A DNA stretch of 63,395 nucleotides, filler included, from Collodictyon triciliatum (GCA_043381765.1; 7 parts of 7 records of this genome joined end to end with filler, not necessarily neighbours in it); one strand, 5' to 3'. Counted from the first letter of the whole stretch, positions 14,501 through 32,842 are shown. The notes: generated by a model not told the origin, from the sequence alone. Program-made: numbers and translations.

Positions 14501-17500
14501 ACTTCAAGTCCAGGCCATATTACAAGCCCTCATATTCAAAGTTCTCGCTTCAACTCAAAGTTTTCTTCGAATGGAGGTGGGCGAGGGGGGCCTCTTACTG
14601 AATCTGGTAGAAAGAAATCCGATGCATCATATTATTGCCACATTTTTCTTTGCTTTATTTATTGCATCTCAATGCCATGTAATTGATTCACGTCACAGGC
14701 AACTCTGATGCTGGATGGGGCTCCGAAGGATTTGTATCTCAGATAACTCAAGACAGTGACAGAGAGACTCAGTAATGAATAACTCAGCGTGCTCTTATTT
14801 CTGGGATGATATTTATGTACTTGTCTGTATGATTTTCAAAGTGATGCAGAAATTTTTGGTTACTCATTCATTTACGTGCGATTATAGGGGAACGATGTTT
14901 TCAAATCAAACTAAACTGATGTCAAACTTACAAAAAATCGATTCAGAGTATATTTCTTTTCCTTGATTAAATTTGCATGCTATAGTTATTCTTTTTTTTT
15001 TTTTGATGTTTATGCTGGCTTCATTTTCTTCTTAAATTATGAAATACTGTACACTAATTGTGAAATATATAGTTCTGACAGACTGAAGAATCAGTTTTCC
15101 AAAACGATTGATGATTTATCAGGTAAACATATACTATTTGTACCCAACTCACTGCAGAAAATAGCACTTTATCAAATTTATTTGCATGTTTCATGTGCGA
15201 CGTTCCATATAAATGTATTGCATACATATGCGAATTTATACGTTTTTCTTGAATACAACAGAATGCACCGATTCGAGTAAGCCAACTACCATGGAAGAGA
15301 CAAAAAGTTCATTTTCTGATCGGCTGAGTAAAATTACGATTACGAAGGAGTTGAACTTTTGTGGCGATGATGAAAACAAATCATCCACAGCTGTGCAAAA
15401 GCCCCCGTTATCAGCTTCTGCTATAATGAGCGGCGGACTGGCAGGGTTGTCCCAGAATAAGACAAATATTGTTCAAAAACCTTCGTCTACTGCAGTGGTA
15501 TCATCAATCGATTCTACAAAATCTATTGATAGGTATGATTAATATACTTGATATGATATTTCATCTAAAAATTGAAGATTTTATGAATGGTAGTATTAGA
15601 TTATTTTTTTCAGGCAGTACACGAGGTACATGATTAAGTGTATTCTATGACATTATGCTTCTTTTTTTCTTTTCAAATCCATCAAACAAAATAGCGATGC
15701 AGAAGAGAAGAGAAAGTTTTTTGAAAAGGTGGAGAAAACTCATGGAGGAAAGGTGTTTTTTATAATAAATTATATGGCCATTAACGTCTACTTCACAGAG
15801 AGCAATAAGATACCCTGCGTATACTATAAGAATATCTGAATCTATTGATAATGAATCAATATATGATTTATTTTTGATAATTAAACCACTAAAGCAAGCA
15901 TTTTCCGGTTAGGTTAATTATGAAGCACTGAATGCAGAGCTAGACAGAACTGTAACTACATCCGACCAGATATCCATGCCATCGAAAATTAACAGCAAAT
16001 TCGAATCCTTTGAAGATGCTTCCACACCACAAATGTCTTCACACGTTGCTTCCGAGGACTTCCATTCTCCTCCTAAGACTCACTCACCTGAAGTCCCTAA
16101 ACCTGCGGCGTTGGCCCGCCCAAGTCAGGCGAAACAGAACCAAGGGAGCCCTGCGCCAGTTGTTGGTTCCGATAGTCTCCCAAATTTATCGGACAGCTTC
16201 ATCAACCCAGCTATGAATCCACCTGGCGTGTCTATTTACAACCCAGCTTCAGTCGCAAATCTACCATTCTTGCGTGGTGGCGTGGAGGGCACGTATCCTG
16301 TACAGGGTTCCTACCAGGTTTATTTTCCACACTTTGTTAAAATGGGGTTCCAACAGCTTAGTCTGGGTTATAAAACACGTGCCCTTAATCCAATCTGTCA
16401 ATTTTCATCAAAGCTAATCTACTTAAAGAGCACACATATTCTGTTGTGGCTTAATAATACATTTTAAATCCGTTTTTTTTTTCCTGTTAAAAATCATCTC
16501 CCATCGGTCTCAGGTTCACCACCACGTAACATTCTCAAGTGTACCCACACCAGCATCCAGCATGACAATAGGAACTAGCGCTATTCCAATAAACCCATTA
16601 GCTAGCATACGTGATTCTACGCGAGGAGTATGTCAATATTTACTGTTAATTAATCTATTCTAATGACAAGTTAAAAGAGCCTTCATTTTACCATCTAAAT
16701 CAATGCTAGCATAATATTTTTCTAACGTGCTTCAAACAATCCTTTCTTTTATATAGCAGGATGAATTGCATAATAAGTCTGTTGTGTCCTCGGTGCAGAG
16801 TGAAGAAAAGCATCTCTCTTCTATAGGTCGTGGTCAGAAAGTTGGAAAAGTTGCGTGGGCTTCTCAAAAGTAAAAATTTTCTTCCCTGCGCTAAAAAAAA
16901 ATAATTACCCACTTAAAATATGACATGATTTTGATTTTTTTATTTAATATCTGAACTATGATTTATTTTTGATATAATTCACACATCTAGCTAACTTTTT
17001 GTATTGCAAGTAGAGGCCAGGAAGAAAAGTCCATTCGTCCACCGTCAGTATTTGCTCGCGACTCGCAGCGAAATGCATCTCCACAAATTCAAAAAGGTCC
17101 AATCAAGAGCCAGCAATCTGATTCGTTTATGAGCCACGCACAGGATGAATACTTGAAGAGAGAAGATATTTTGAAGGAACAGATTAACATACTACAAAGA
17201 AGAGAGGTTCAAATTCACAGGAATTAGTTTTATTTAAATATGGAAGTATCATTCATCTCATGAGAACGATTTGTATGTGTGAATTTAAAGGCAGACATCG
17301 AGATAAAATTAAAAATTATAAATATCTAAATTTCGATGGACATATGAAGGTAGAGCTTTTGCAGGAAAACAACCAACTCAACTCACAACTTCATACTGAG
17401 AGACTGTCTCGACAACAACTAGAGCAGGTATTGCTTCCTTGTAGTTGATTTCAGAATAATGTGCAATTATACAAAATTCAAGTAATAGAAAAACATATCT

Positions 17501-17903
17501 ACTGTATCATCTTTTATTTTTCTCTATATTCAAATAGTTCAGTTTATTTCTTCTATTTACGATGAGTATCATGCTTCGTTCTACAATTACTTAAACTCAT
17601 GTCGGGTTAGGCTCATGATTATTATATCCTCTTATCAATTTTTTTTTCATTTCCAGCAATATCGCAGCCAGAATGAAGTCCTTCTGCGGATACAACATGA
17701 CAATTATATACTCTCCAACAAGATGCAAGATAAAACATCGCAAGATTATCGCGTTCGAGTTAAGAGGTATAAATGAGTTGCTGGGTGGAGATGTTTGTTA
17801 TCGTGACGGAGCAAATAGTTTATATCCATCAGCATAAATAGTTTCACTTATTTCATTATTATTATTGTTATTATTATTATTGTTGTTGTTGTTATTATTA
17901 TTA

Positions 17904-17979
<76 letters not shown>

Positions 17980-20900
17980 CATTGTTGTTGTTGTTTGATT
18001 CAATTCAATTCAATTCAATTCAATTCAATTCAATTCAATTCAATATCGTTCTTATGAAGCGGTGGTCATCTCCCAACTCTACCCCCTGAAGAAATCAAGA
18101 AAATGGAGCAAGATATTAAGGAGCAAGAAACGCTGATTAACGGGTAAATAGTGATGGTGCCATTAATGGCGTTCGCACATGTGTTGATGTTTTTCTTCTA
18201 AATTTTCTACGCCTTCCCCTCACCTTCCAGATATCAGCGCGAGAATGAAAGGCTCGTCCAGGAAGCTAAAGAAGCATACAGCAAAATGAGAGAGTGTATT
18301 TATTTAAAATTCTATTATATTTTTTTAAAACAAATAACTTAGGAGTTGATAAAAGGTAGTATAGCAGCTTTATTTTTTTATCGCTGGATCTATGGCCTTA
18401 TTTTATGAAGCATACGAAATTATGTCGTGATTAACTCCCTCTATTAGTGGAAAAGGCCAAATATGCCGAGGCAGAAAAGTTTCGATCCCAAATATCTGCG
18501 TTGCAGGTACTTAACGCCCGCACTTGATATTCCCAAAAATAAAAATAAAGTATCACACATCTCCTGCATATCATTTAATTGTATGAACAACCATATGGTT
18601 AAAAACACCCATTCGTATCACAAACGTTGTTTTTCCTGAACCACGCCACCAGAGCCAATTGAACCGTCGAGTGGTCGATTTTGAAAGTGTTGCAAATGAA
18701 GAAAAAATGCAGTTCCTGAATAAAGACTTTGCGGACCAAATAAGGAGGATGCAGCAGGAGAGTGAATCTAAAGAAGCAGAACTTAGGTACATATACGGTG
18801 ATGTATCTTAAATTACTAATAAAAGTCATTTAACAAAAATCAATCATTTCAATTAAATTATCACAGACAAGCGCTTGAAAATGCCATTCAAGAGAGAAAC
18901 TTTTTTGAATCCCAACTAAACGAATCCAGTCCTGAACGTATTCGACAGGTACCTCTTGAAGCTATTTTAAAGGGGGAAAAAGAAGTTAATCCTCGTCTTC
19001 ATACTAGTAGCGTAGCTGTAACCACATTTGTGAAATTTGTCTAATTAAATACCCTTTCTTAAAAACCATCCAAAAATAACTCTGCTTAAAACCTGATTCC
19101 GTGTCTTAGTTAGAGAGTAAGCTATATGAATGCATGTTAAATAATTAATATCCATATTATAACAATTCATGCATTTACTTTTTACAGTAAATCGAAATAC
19201 TTATTTTAACTTCATTCACTATGTCAGATGAGGTCCTAGAAAGTTCTAGAATAATGCAGGACTTACAGAAAAAAATAGAATGGTTGGTTTCAATCCTTCT
19301 CTTTGATAAAAGAGCGAGCGTCTTTTTGGGAACTACAAGATATTATTCGAAAGCTAAATCCATCTGGATTTCTCTTCATCTCTTCTTATTGTGATGGATA
19401 ATGAAAAAAATATTAGGTACTCTCAAAACCAAGCTATTATCGATAGAAGCGACGCGCTTGTAAGAGAACAAGCAAAGACAATTTCAGAATTGCAACTCAA
19501 GGTTTGATTACCAGTTTACTTCACGTCGTCATCCATATCAGTTCTTCAAATACTGCGTGTTGATGCTTACTATCTCCACCAGTTGAAAGACGCATCTAGC
19601 AACCCTCAAAAGGCGCCTGGGAATGCATTTCAGGCAGCTCGAATCAAAGAACTTGAAAAACAGGTTTGGTACGATTGAAAAGCATCAAAAATATCATACC
19701 TACAAATATGCGAAACCCAGTCGTGTTTTGATATTTCCAAGTTATATTGTGGTGATAATAACTTTTTGCCAATTCATCTCTTTACGAAAAACCTTTTGAA
19801 TAAAGGTGAGTGAATTGGAACAGCGCCTGAAGCAAAAGGAGGTCAATTCTATTCCAGCCATGATTCGTGCTGTCAAATCCACCGAGGTATCCACATTTAA
19901 TCGTCTTGAGCATTATCAAGGCTTTTTAGGACAAAGTTGCAATTTTTCTGAATCAAAATAGGACGAAAAAGTCACAAATGAGTTTTGGCAAGAGAGGATA
20001 GCCAATCTACAAGATGAGAATGAAGACCTTCGTCAGGTGTGCATAATAGAAACTCCATATCAAAAATCTATCTATTTTTTGATTATATCTCTATATATTA
20101 TGATAGGAAATGGATAAAAGAATAAGAAGCTTACGACAGGTTATTTATTGAAAAATCAAAATTTATTACAATATGCCGTCATATTTTAATTCCCACCTGC
20201 TTTCCAGATAAAGTTTTTTCACATGATATGAACAAGTTTATCGTGACTGACTTTGTTCTTCTACTCTCATAGGAACACGACAGAATAAGATTTCAATACG
20301 AAAATAAGTATTTTTTTTTTAAAAAAAAAAGACAGATTTTTCGATTTTCCGTATGCTTTAACCTATCTAGGACTACCTGAAACAATATAGTTTATGCTTA
20401 ATCTATGATGCATCCTTTTCTTGTTTTAATAGAATCAAAGAGCAAGAAACTGTAATAGCAAAATTAAAATCCGACCCAAAGGAGAAACCCAGCGGAGCTT
20501 CTGGGTATATACCATCAAATGAAAAAAAAATACTCTTAATTCATTCCGCATATATTTTTTATATTTTTCTTTTAGCTTGTTGAAGGAACGCCCTGAAGTA
20601 TAAAATTCTCAAGTTTTTTCTTTTCTTTTCGCTTTGCGTAACTATCACAATACCCGGTATGCTTTTTTCTTTTAAAAACAAACCAAAAAACCAAAAAAAC
20701 AATAGCTTACGTGTCAAAGAACTTGAAAAACAGCTTGAAGATGTTCGGGTAGCATGCCATTTCATTAATGATTTCTATTATATTGAGATTACGTAATATT
20801 TCATGTTTCTATTGAAATTGTGTGGTTCATATAAACATTTAATTTCTAGACATTCTACACAAAGAAGGTGCGGACTTTGGAGCAAAAGCTAGATCAGGTA

Positions 20901-23813
20901 TGCTTCAAATATACCTTATTAAAATATGTATTTTCCTCTCGTCACACTTCAAACTCAATGACCTTGATAAATAATTGGCATGAATATCTCACACGAAATA
21001 GTACACTCACGCTCGTGGAGGGGCTGCAGCTAAGCCTTCTCCGCAACGTTTGTATTATGCCCTATAGTTTGTGGCCATTGCATGTTTGAAATATCAGTGT
21101 GTCCAAGAAAAAAAAAGAGGATATTTAAGCAACCCTTTTTCGATACATCTTCATTCCTTACAACAAACTTTGGTTGAGCCCACCAGCATCAACAATTAAT
21201 TCGAAAACCAGGACCTACATCTCCACCTGGTTCTGTTGATGAAGACGTTTCTCATCTGAAGAGAACAGTCGAATCTCAAAATCGAACCATTCGCACTCTG
21301 AGAGAAGGTTAATATACTCCTACTCGCAAATTCTGTATCAGAGGAATAATACGTTAATATACATAAATAGAACTGGAATCCATGCGGAGAAGTGACCCCC
21401 AAAATTATGAAAAAGATGGCATACACGAGGACGACATAAGGTTATGAGCTCTTGCTTTCTTTTTATGCACATTTTTTTGAAAGTGAAATCTGCAAGATTT
21501 GCTTTACTTTTTATCACACATGACTCCAGCTGCATTTATTCATATGTATATTTCTGCTCTATTAAATTACTTGAGCTCAAGGTAGTATTCTTTTAAATAG
21601 ATATATCGAGCATTTGGAAGGGAAAGTGCAGGCATTGGAAAATGAATTAAGGACAAGGCAAACATCTTCACCGTATTATTTTAATGAACAAAAATATTAA
21701 TCCTTTTGTTGTTCTTGTTTTTGCTAAAATGTTATAATATTTGATGCTAAGCCATTCATATCACACCTAATTATTTTTTTTTTGTTATAACTGTTGAAGA
21801 CGAATATCATCATCGAGAGGGAGAGCTGGTGATGTGGTATTTTTATTTGTCTAAAATTAAGCTAGTGGATACCACAAAACAATGTAACAATGCTTCTTTC
21901 TTGTATTTGAGAGAGAAAAAAACAACGATACCATTTCATGAGTAACCAATACTGGCTTGAATATACCATACCTAGGATGTTCAATCCTTGACAAGACAAA
22001 TCGAGGTTTTGAAAATGACTAACGAAGCTATTCAGCAATCATGTCAGACGATGATTCAGGCTGCGCATTATGAGGCGGGTCCGTTTGAAATGCTCTTAAT
22101 CTAGAATTCTAATAACTGAATGGTTCTCTATTCAGAGACTAAAAAATAAAATAAAATAATGAATGACACTATTTTAGCTGAGAAGATATCAAAACTGAGA
22201 CAAGAGCATGAACTAGAAATCAAAAAACTCAAGGAGTTATCACCTAGTGTTGACCGCACCAGTAATTAATTTACAATGCGTACATTTCCTCCACAAACCA
22301 CTCCAAAATTGAGTAACTTAACTTCGTGATGAGCACATTGAAATATTACTTAATATATCTGCGAATGGTTTAGAATCAGACTCCCGTGGAAATCACAGTG
22401 TTGTGCCAAATTTCAACCCTTCTTCAAAATCAGTAGCACTTTTTAATTTTTGAATCATTCTACCACGTTTAAGTATCAATCCATATACAGTAGTGTTTTC
22501 CTGGTGTTGTAACACTAGAGAATAAAATAATCGAAAAATTTAATTGCTTCTTTCTTCTTTTAATCGCATTCATAGGAGCTAAAAGAAAATGTCGAATTCA
22601 TCACCATGCAGCGAAAGGTTGAGGACACGTATCGAGAATTGAATTCGGTATACTTTACTATTGGGACTTGCAATCACTCTTCCAAAAAATTATTATTATT
22701 TTGCTCCTTTCAGTATTATCTAGAAGCCCCAGCGTCGATATATTGTGTATTTTCAATCATTTGTCTGAATCATTAATTCCTTGATAAAAATTCTCACGCT
22801 CCTTTAGGTGAAGGATATGTGGGGAAAGGACAAAACGAGCTTACGTGATATCGAAAGGGCGCTTTCTTTATCACAGGCGGAAGTGAAACACTGGAAAGTA
22901 TGAAAATCCTTCATCTTGTAATACTTTCCCTCGTTAAACAATGCGCTGAGTTTTACTTTCTGAAACTTGCGAATACATAAACACCTCTTTTTATACGCAC
23001 GTACATGCATAGGATAAATGCCAAATAATGCAAATCGACGCCGGCAAGCCTGGCGCTGGGGTATTATTCATCATTTCTTTACTGAAAAAATATACTTGCT
23101 ACAGGCTTCTTAGTTGTTTTTTTTTTTTAAAAAAAAAAAACTACAACTACCACAACACTGATGATGATAATATACGGTCACAATTTTGCATCACTCGTTT
23201 GCATCTCATATTAACTTTCATCATGCAGGCTCCTCTACAGCTCGCGCGATTTGATGAGAAACTCCAGGATATGGAGAGAAAGTACATCACACGTGAATCA
23301 GAACTTGAGCAGGTTGATAACCTGAGCAATTTGAGCAAATAATCCATGAATAGTAATATTGGAAGGGAGAATAGTGATTGACTGCATTGTCCAAGTTTAA
23401 AAAGATTAACCCAATCTGCGTACAATCAAAAGCTTCTCCAGGAGGTAAAAGCCTCTTCACTTCTCGAGGTCTCGCAGGAAAGGAAGCGCTGTTCCGAAGC
23501 AATCATGGCCAAAAACAAAGAGATTCGTCGGTGAGTGTAGTAAATCATTCTGCCCCTACTTGATTTTACTTGCTCATTTCCGATTGCTATATCCTACACG
23601 AATTCCAAAATCATTGGTCAGTTTGTATGCTTTAGCCAATTTTGCTCCCTCTATTTTTAATTTTCCTCTTTTTTTTTTTTCTCTTTTAGCTTTCGCCAGG
23701 AACTCGACTTGCTCATCAAGGACCTTCTCAAGTACGCCGGCCCAAATCCCGTCTCACAAAGCCTGCAGCAGTTGCAGTTTTCATTGGGCTCTTTGTCTGA
23801 GCTCACATCTTAG
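11582..23813 (+). CDS. CEP162: CEP162 (QN1/KIAA1009)-like centriolar/transition-zone coiled-coil protein, about 45 short exons
   Basis: Spliced motifs match CEP162: EEKRKFFEKVEK..|VNYEALNAELD; DIKEQETLING|YQRENERL; DLQKKIEW|YSQNQAIID; RIKELEKQ; NSIPAMIRAVK; RIRSLRQ|EHDRIRFQYE; FYTKKVRTLE; KNKEIRR|FRQELDLLIKDL. Stop TAG at 23811-23813. The first exon boundary and some low-complexity exons at 13.3-14.3 kb are less certain. Confidence 0.85.
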
Positions 23814-24364
23814 TCGCTTGTGCCACAGATATTGTATATACGCTATTAGTTTGTCGGAAATAACAGAGCAGTCCATATAAACAGAAACAAAATAACTGTA
23901 AAATGTAAGGCGAGGGGACGGAACGTAGTGTGTGGGTAAAATGTTTATACAGATATTAGTTTCACAAGTTATGAATTTTTTGTTGTTATTTTGGCCTTAA
24001 AGGAAAGTTATTGCGTGAGAAAATTGTAATATCCTATAAATTCCACATTTAAATGCTTGTGAACGGATTTTTGTAACGAATCTGCTTCTGGCAAGTCGAT
24101 CACCGATCACAATTAAAAGAAAAAAAACAAACTCCTGATTCTTTCGCCCAACGCAACTCACAACCCGTGGTCTTGTGAATAAACGGATAAACATGCGACT
24201 TCTATGTATATTGAACCACCGGCTAATGACACACTCTCATCCGTGGGTGTACTTTTGTATTTACTGGCTTACCTTTTTTTTTGTTTTTTTTTTTGTTTTT
24301 TTGTTTTTTTGTTTTTTTGTTTTTTTTTTTTTTTTGTTTTTTTGTTTTTTTTTTTTTTTTTTTT

Positions 24365-24464
24365 NNNNNNNNNNNNNNNNNNNNNNNNNNNNNNNNNNNN
24401 NNNNNNNNTTAATTAATTAANNNNNNNNNNNNNNNNNNNNNNNNNNNNNNNNNNNNNNNNNNNN
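24365..24464. other. Artificial scaffold spacer N44-TTAATTAATTAA-N44 (12-mer also at 33010-33021, 41829-41840, 48441-48452, 55952-55963 and 60713-60724)
   Basis: The same 12-mer with stops in all six frames is embedded in Ns at six places. Genes are truncated at these points. Confidence 0.97.
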
Positions 24465-24686
24465 TTTTGTTTTGTTTTGTTTTGTTTTGTTTTGTTTTGT
24501 TTTGTTTTGTTTTGTTTTGTTTTGTTTTGTTTTGTTTTCCCTTTATTGTTTTCGCTTGAATATATACCTTGCCATTGAACTTATATGGCTTTCAATTTCA
24601 TGCAAAATCACCAGAAGAAAAGTTACGCCGGCATGATATTATGAAAATCAAAGAATGCTCTCCGTTATGATTTGTTAAATTTTCAG

Positions 24687-26128
24687 GGTTCATCGTCCGA
24701 AAGAGATTAAAGGCTGCCTTGGCTCATTTAAAAGTGGATTGGAGTGATGACGACACAGAATATGCTGGTGATATACTCTTTTTTTTTCCGCTTCGCTTTA
24801 GAACATATACATCAGTAAATTTATGGGAAAGATGATAAAAATCTCAATGATATATCGCTGTAATAGTATTTGTAGTGTTTAGATTCCATTCCATAATCCA
24901 TACAACTGAGAAAAATTTCAACCCGAATAAATTAACAGGGGTTGAGGATGATTTCCTTGATGTTCCCGATTTAGATGCTTTTGATATTATTGATTTTGAT
25001 GCGGCTCAAAGTAATTCCCCATAAATATATTTGCTGACTTGTTCCGTCTATTCTTTATGCCTTAACTAAAGGATGTTGTATTTACATAACACAAAATTGC
25101 GCTAAAAATCATGTCTGCTTCTTCACATAGAGTCTGCTCAAACCATAGCACAGGATATGATGCGAAAATCCCTCGAGCGAGCAAAATTGACTCCCAAAGC
25201 ACAGCCCGAAAAAAATATCGGCTCTTTACCAAATCCTCAAAATCACTCACAAACATTCGTATCGCAGCTACTGTCCAAAATTAATATTAGTGGGCCGCAA
25301 AATAGTGTTATTCTTTCGAGAATGGACACTAAAATCGACTCTGGTCACATGGAAGGGCCCGTTGCTCCCATCCGTGCATTTGAAGTATTATTAAAATACA
25401 AGAAGCCTTCTAATTAGCTCATCGCTTTCAGAAATATGATGAATATTCAATCATGTTATATGATTTTCTTATATGATTGAATTTGTATATAGCGTATTCT
25501 ATTATATATGAATATATGCCCTATGATACTTTTTTTTTAATCGTATAAAGGAAAAAAAAATATACCATGATGCATTTGGACATACAACTTAAAACCTTTG
25601 CTGTTTATGTAGCCTGTTTCTTCCCAATGCGCATATTCTGCTGTTATACAGACGCCTGATTCAGCTCCTCCGATTATTGTTCATAAAAAAGAAGGAAGAA
25701 ATGATGTACAAAAACAGCCTACCCGCCTTCATGACCAGAGGCATTCTGATGTGCCTTCCGAAAAACAGGATGATAATCCATGGTATTTTTTCATTCCTCC
25801 TCTCAAATTGTGTAAGATAGTGGGAATGTTGGCTTTGGTAATAATCCATTGTACTGTGTACTATTCATAATTAAGCCATGATCTACACCTCTTTGCAGTT
25901 TGTGGTTTGTGTTTTGTGGTTTTGTTTTGTGGTTTTGTTTTGTGGTTTGTGGTTTGTGGTTTGTATGCTGTTTTGTTTTGTTTTGTTTTGTTTTGTTTTG
26001 TTTTGTTTTGTTTTGTTTTGTTTTGTTTTGTTTTGTTTTGTTTTGTTTTGTTTTGTTTTGTTTTGTTGTGGTTTGTGGTTTGTGGTTTGTGGTTTGTATG
26101 CTGTTTTATTTTATTTTGTTTTGTTTTG

Positions 26129-26162
<34 letters not shown>

Positions 26163-27274
26163 AAAAAGGGGCAATATTTACTTCTTCATCGCATATTTTG
26201 TCGATTTTAATGCCTATATCACACACATAGGAATTTTAGTGACCCTAATACAATGGCCACATTTGCCAGAAGGCAAAAGAAAAAACACGAGCAAGAAAAG
26301 AAAATTGAAATGAGACAAAAACTCTCAGGTCTCACCCTACTCGCACATGATTCGCAATCACATAATTTTAACATGGGATTGCAGCTTGCACGCTGTAAAA
26401 GGATGCTATGACCAAACAAAATCTATTTTATTTCGCTTTGTTTTGTTTTATTCTAAATTTATTATAAAGATCCTTCCGTGAGACTGGAGAAATTTCACCA
26501 ATCAGCACCGAAGAGTAATCAGCAAGTTCCTGGTCAGTTAAAAGAGATTCATCGACTTCGCAAAAAAAAGCGTGAGCATTTCATCATTCATCTCGACTAA
26601 GTAGGGGATATTTTCTGTCTCCCCATTTGTTAAAGCAATAGTGACCCCTAAAGCCCAGTATTTTGGTTAATTTCTTACTTTTAAAAAAGGCATTAGTCCC
26701 AATTGATAGATTTCGTTACCCTCGTGATTTTATATAAATGCATTATGATTAAATTATGCTAGACCGGGTCGAATATAAATGGCTAGCTGATACCCCAGCG
26801 GAGGACACTCTCTCAGTCCACAGCGTTACCAGTGAAGACCATGATGTAATATATGAAACTCGACACTAAAATATAATACATACCTCCTGATACATATGGA
26901 ATCCACGTATTTGTACCTTCTATGGTGCAGTGCCATAGGATGTAAACTCTTGGTTACAAAGAATAATGATAGTCACTCATGATAACACAGACACCTGCCG
27001 AAATTCAACAAGGAAATCAAGCTAACGTAAGAATCGGCAATGGATTTTCTGCAAAACCAAAAACTCCACCCAGACCTATCGAACCTCCAACACATGTATG
27101 ATATATGCTACAATTTATTATATTCTGGTGTGGCAATTATATTCCCTTGGTTATGCACTGAATCTAATGAACGGGACATCAAGTCTCGCCGATACGAAAG
27201 CGGACCCCTTCTTGAATTTTCAAATGAATTGACAAATCGAAGCAAAGGTAACTCCAACATACGCGTCACAGAAA
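24687..27274 (+). CDS. LRRIQ1-like protein, 3' portion (end of an IQ motif plus conserved C-terminal motif); 5' truncated, 3' end uncertain
   Basis: Exons read GFIVRKRLKAALAHLKVDWSDDDTEYA|GVEDDFLDVPDLDAFD..; QDDNPW|NFSDPNTMATFARRQKKK..KLS|DPSVRLEKFHQ. This resembles the LRRIQ1 tail as I recall it (G..LRKKL..AL; WGF.D..TA..M.KR..D..RL..F). Confidence 0.55.
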
Positions 27275-27307
27275 GTACTCATTCTTTTATTTTATTTCAT
27301 TATCCCA

Positions 27308-27400
<93 letters not shown>

Positions 27401-27508
27401 CATCATCNNNNNNNNNNNNNNNNNNNNNNNNNNNNNNNNNNNNNNNNNNNNNNNNNNNNNNNNNNNNNNNNNNNNNNNNNNNNNNNNNNNNNNNNNNNNN
27501 NNNNNNNT

Positions 27509-27600
<92 letters not shown>

Positions 27601-28261
27601 TATTTCTGTCGGACTGTGTTTCAACTTCTTTGTAGACGCGGGTAGGCTTCCCAACACTAATCGTCGCATTGTAATTATCCAGGGTGAACGCGGCGTTTTC
27701 TCCACGTGCTTGTTTTTTTTTTCTTAGCCTCCAAAACAGAAAAACGAAAAAAAACGTCATCTCCAAAGCCGCTTTTCAAGACCTGTGTATCTAATAAACT
27801 ACCCCTGTAGAAAAGAAAAAAAAAACGCACAATCAAGAGGATGGGAAGCCTTTTTTTTTTTCGTGGTGAATCAGCAAGAATCATCCAGCCTTCCCATCTC
27901 CCTATCTTTGTTTCATTCCAATCTTTATTCTCATGTCGTCAAAGAGCATATGTGCAAGACTCAGAGAGTGAGAGAAAAGATAAAGCACGCGCGTGTCGTC
28001 GTGTTTAGTTTGGGGGAAGTGGGGGAGGGAGATATATGTCTCGAAATCTTAGACGCCAGCCAGCTCAGTCTACTCCAAATCACATGAGGCTCCTTATTAA
28101 ATATCTTTTCTTTTTTCAAAAAGAAAAGAAAAGGAAACAGCCTTGGGACATGATATTCCTCCATCCTTTACAGATTCTCTTTGTAAAGGAATAAAATATA
28201 AAATTATAGTCATCAAGAAAGTGCAAAAGGAATGTGATTCGGGTATCAAGTCGGGTCTGGT

Positions 28262-32149
<3,888 letters not shown>

Positions 32150-32760
32150 GCCGGCTGTTCCTGCAAAGCAAGCAAAAGGCAGAGTGAGCTTTGCACTTCC
32201 CTTAACTATAATGCTTATTTTATTTTTTGGTTTGTTTGTTTGTTTGTTTGTTTGTTTGTTTGTTTGTTTGTTTGTTTGTTTGTTTGTTTGTTTGTTTGTT
32301 TGTTTGTTTGTTTGTTTGTTTGCTTGCTTGCTGGGTCATAAGTGAACACGTTTAAAAAGGGGAACGCCTGCCCTGATCTGTTGAGAACTCATGTATATTG
32401 CTTGCTATTGTGTGGGATTGACAAGCCAGCAACAGGCTGGATTAGCGGATCAGGGGAGATTAGCGCGTGGTTGTGCCGTTTATAAGTTTGACAACCCCAA
32501 GACGGATGGACGCATTTGGATAGAATGGCAACATGCTTGTGGCGGGGAATGTGGCTCAACTCCGTCATCTTTCGTGTTCACATAGGCGTTCAACAGGAGG
32601 TTGCAAAGCAACAATAATACAGCTTGTGTTACATTATATAATTCTAGTTATATGATAATTGAAAATTTATATTAAGCTATGAAATCGAGACAAGACCATA
32701 ATTTCCAGAAACTAATATAAATATATTATGTGATGTGGCTTTCCCTTCCATATCAAGAAA

Positions 32761-32842
32761 GACACTTTGGCCGAGTGGTTAAGGCGGCAGCCTGCTAAGC
32801 TGTTTCCTTCTGGGAGCGAGAGTTCGAATCTCTCAGGTGTCG
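32761..32842 (+). tRNA. tRNA-Ser(GCT)
   Basis: Acceptor stem GACACTT/AGGTGTC plus G; D-arm TGGCCGAGTGGTTAAGGC; anticodon arm GCAGC-CTGCTAA-GCTGT; long variable arm; T-arm GAGAG-TTCGAAT-CTCTC; T-run immediately downstream. Confidence 0.96.

Noticed and set aside
11582..23813. Introner-like (transposon-derived) intron families explaining the high intron density
   Set aside because: By eye the introns share no sequence, terminal repeats or fixed length, and several positions in GOT1 and RAD6 look ancestral. An all-versus-all intron BLAST would be decisive.
24409..24420. Recurring palindrome TTAATTAATTAA as a biological element or insertion site
   Set aside because: Always centred in N44 flanks. 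It is an artificial six-frame-stop linker, so gene neighbourhoods across these points are meaningless.
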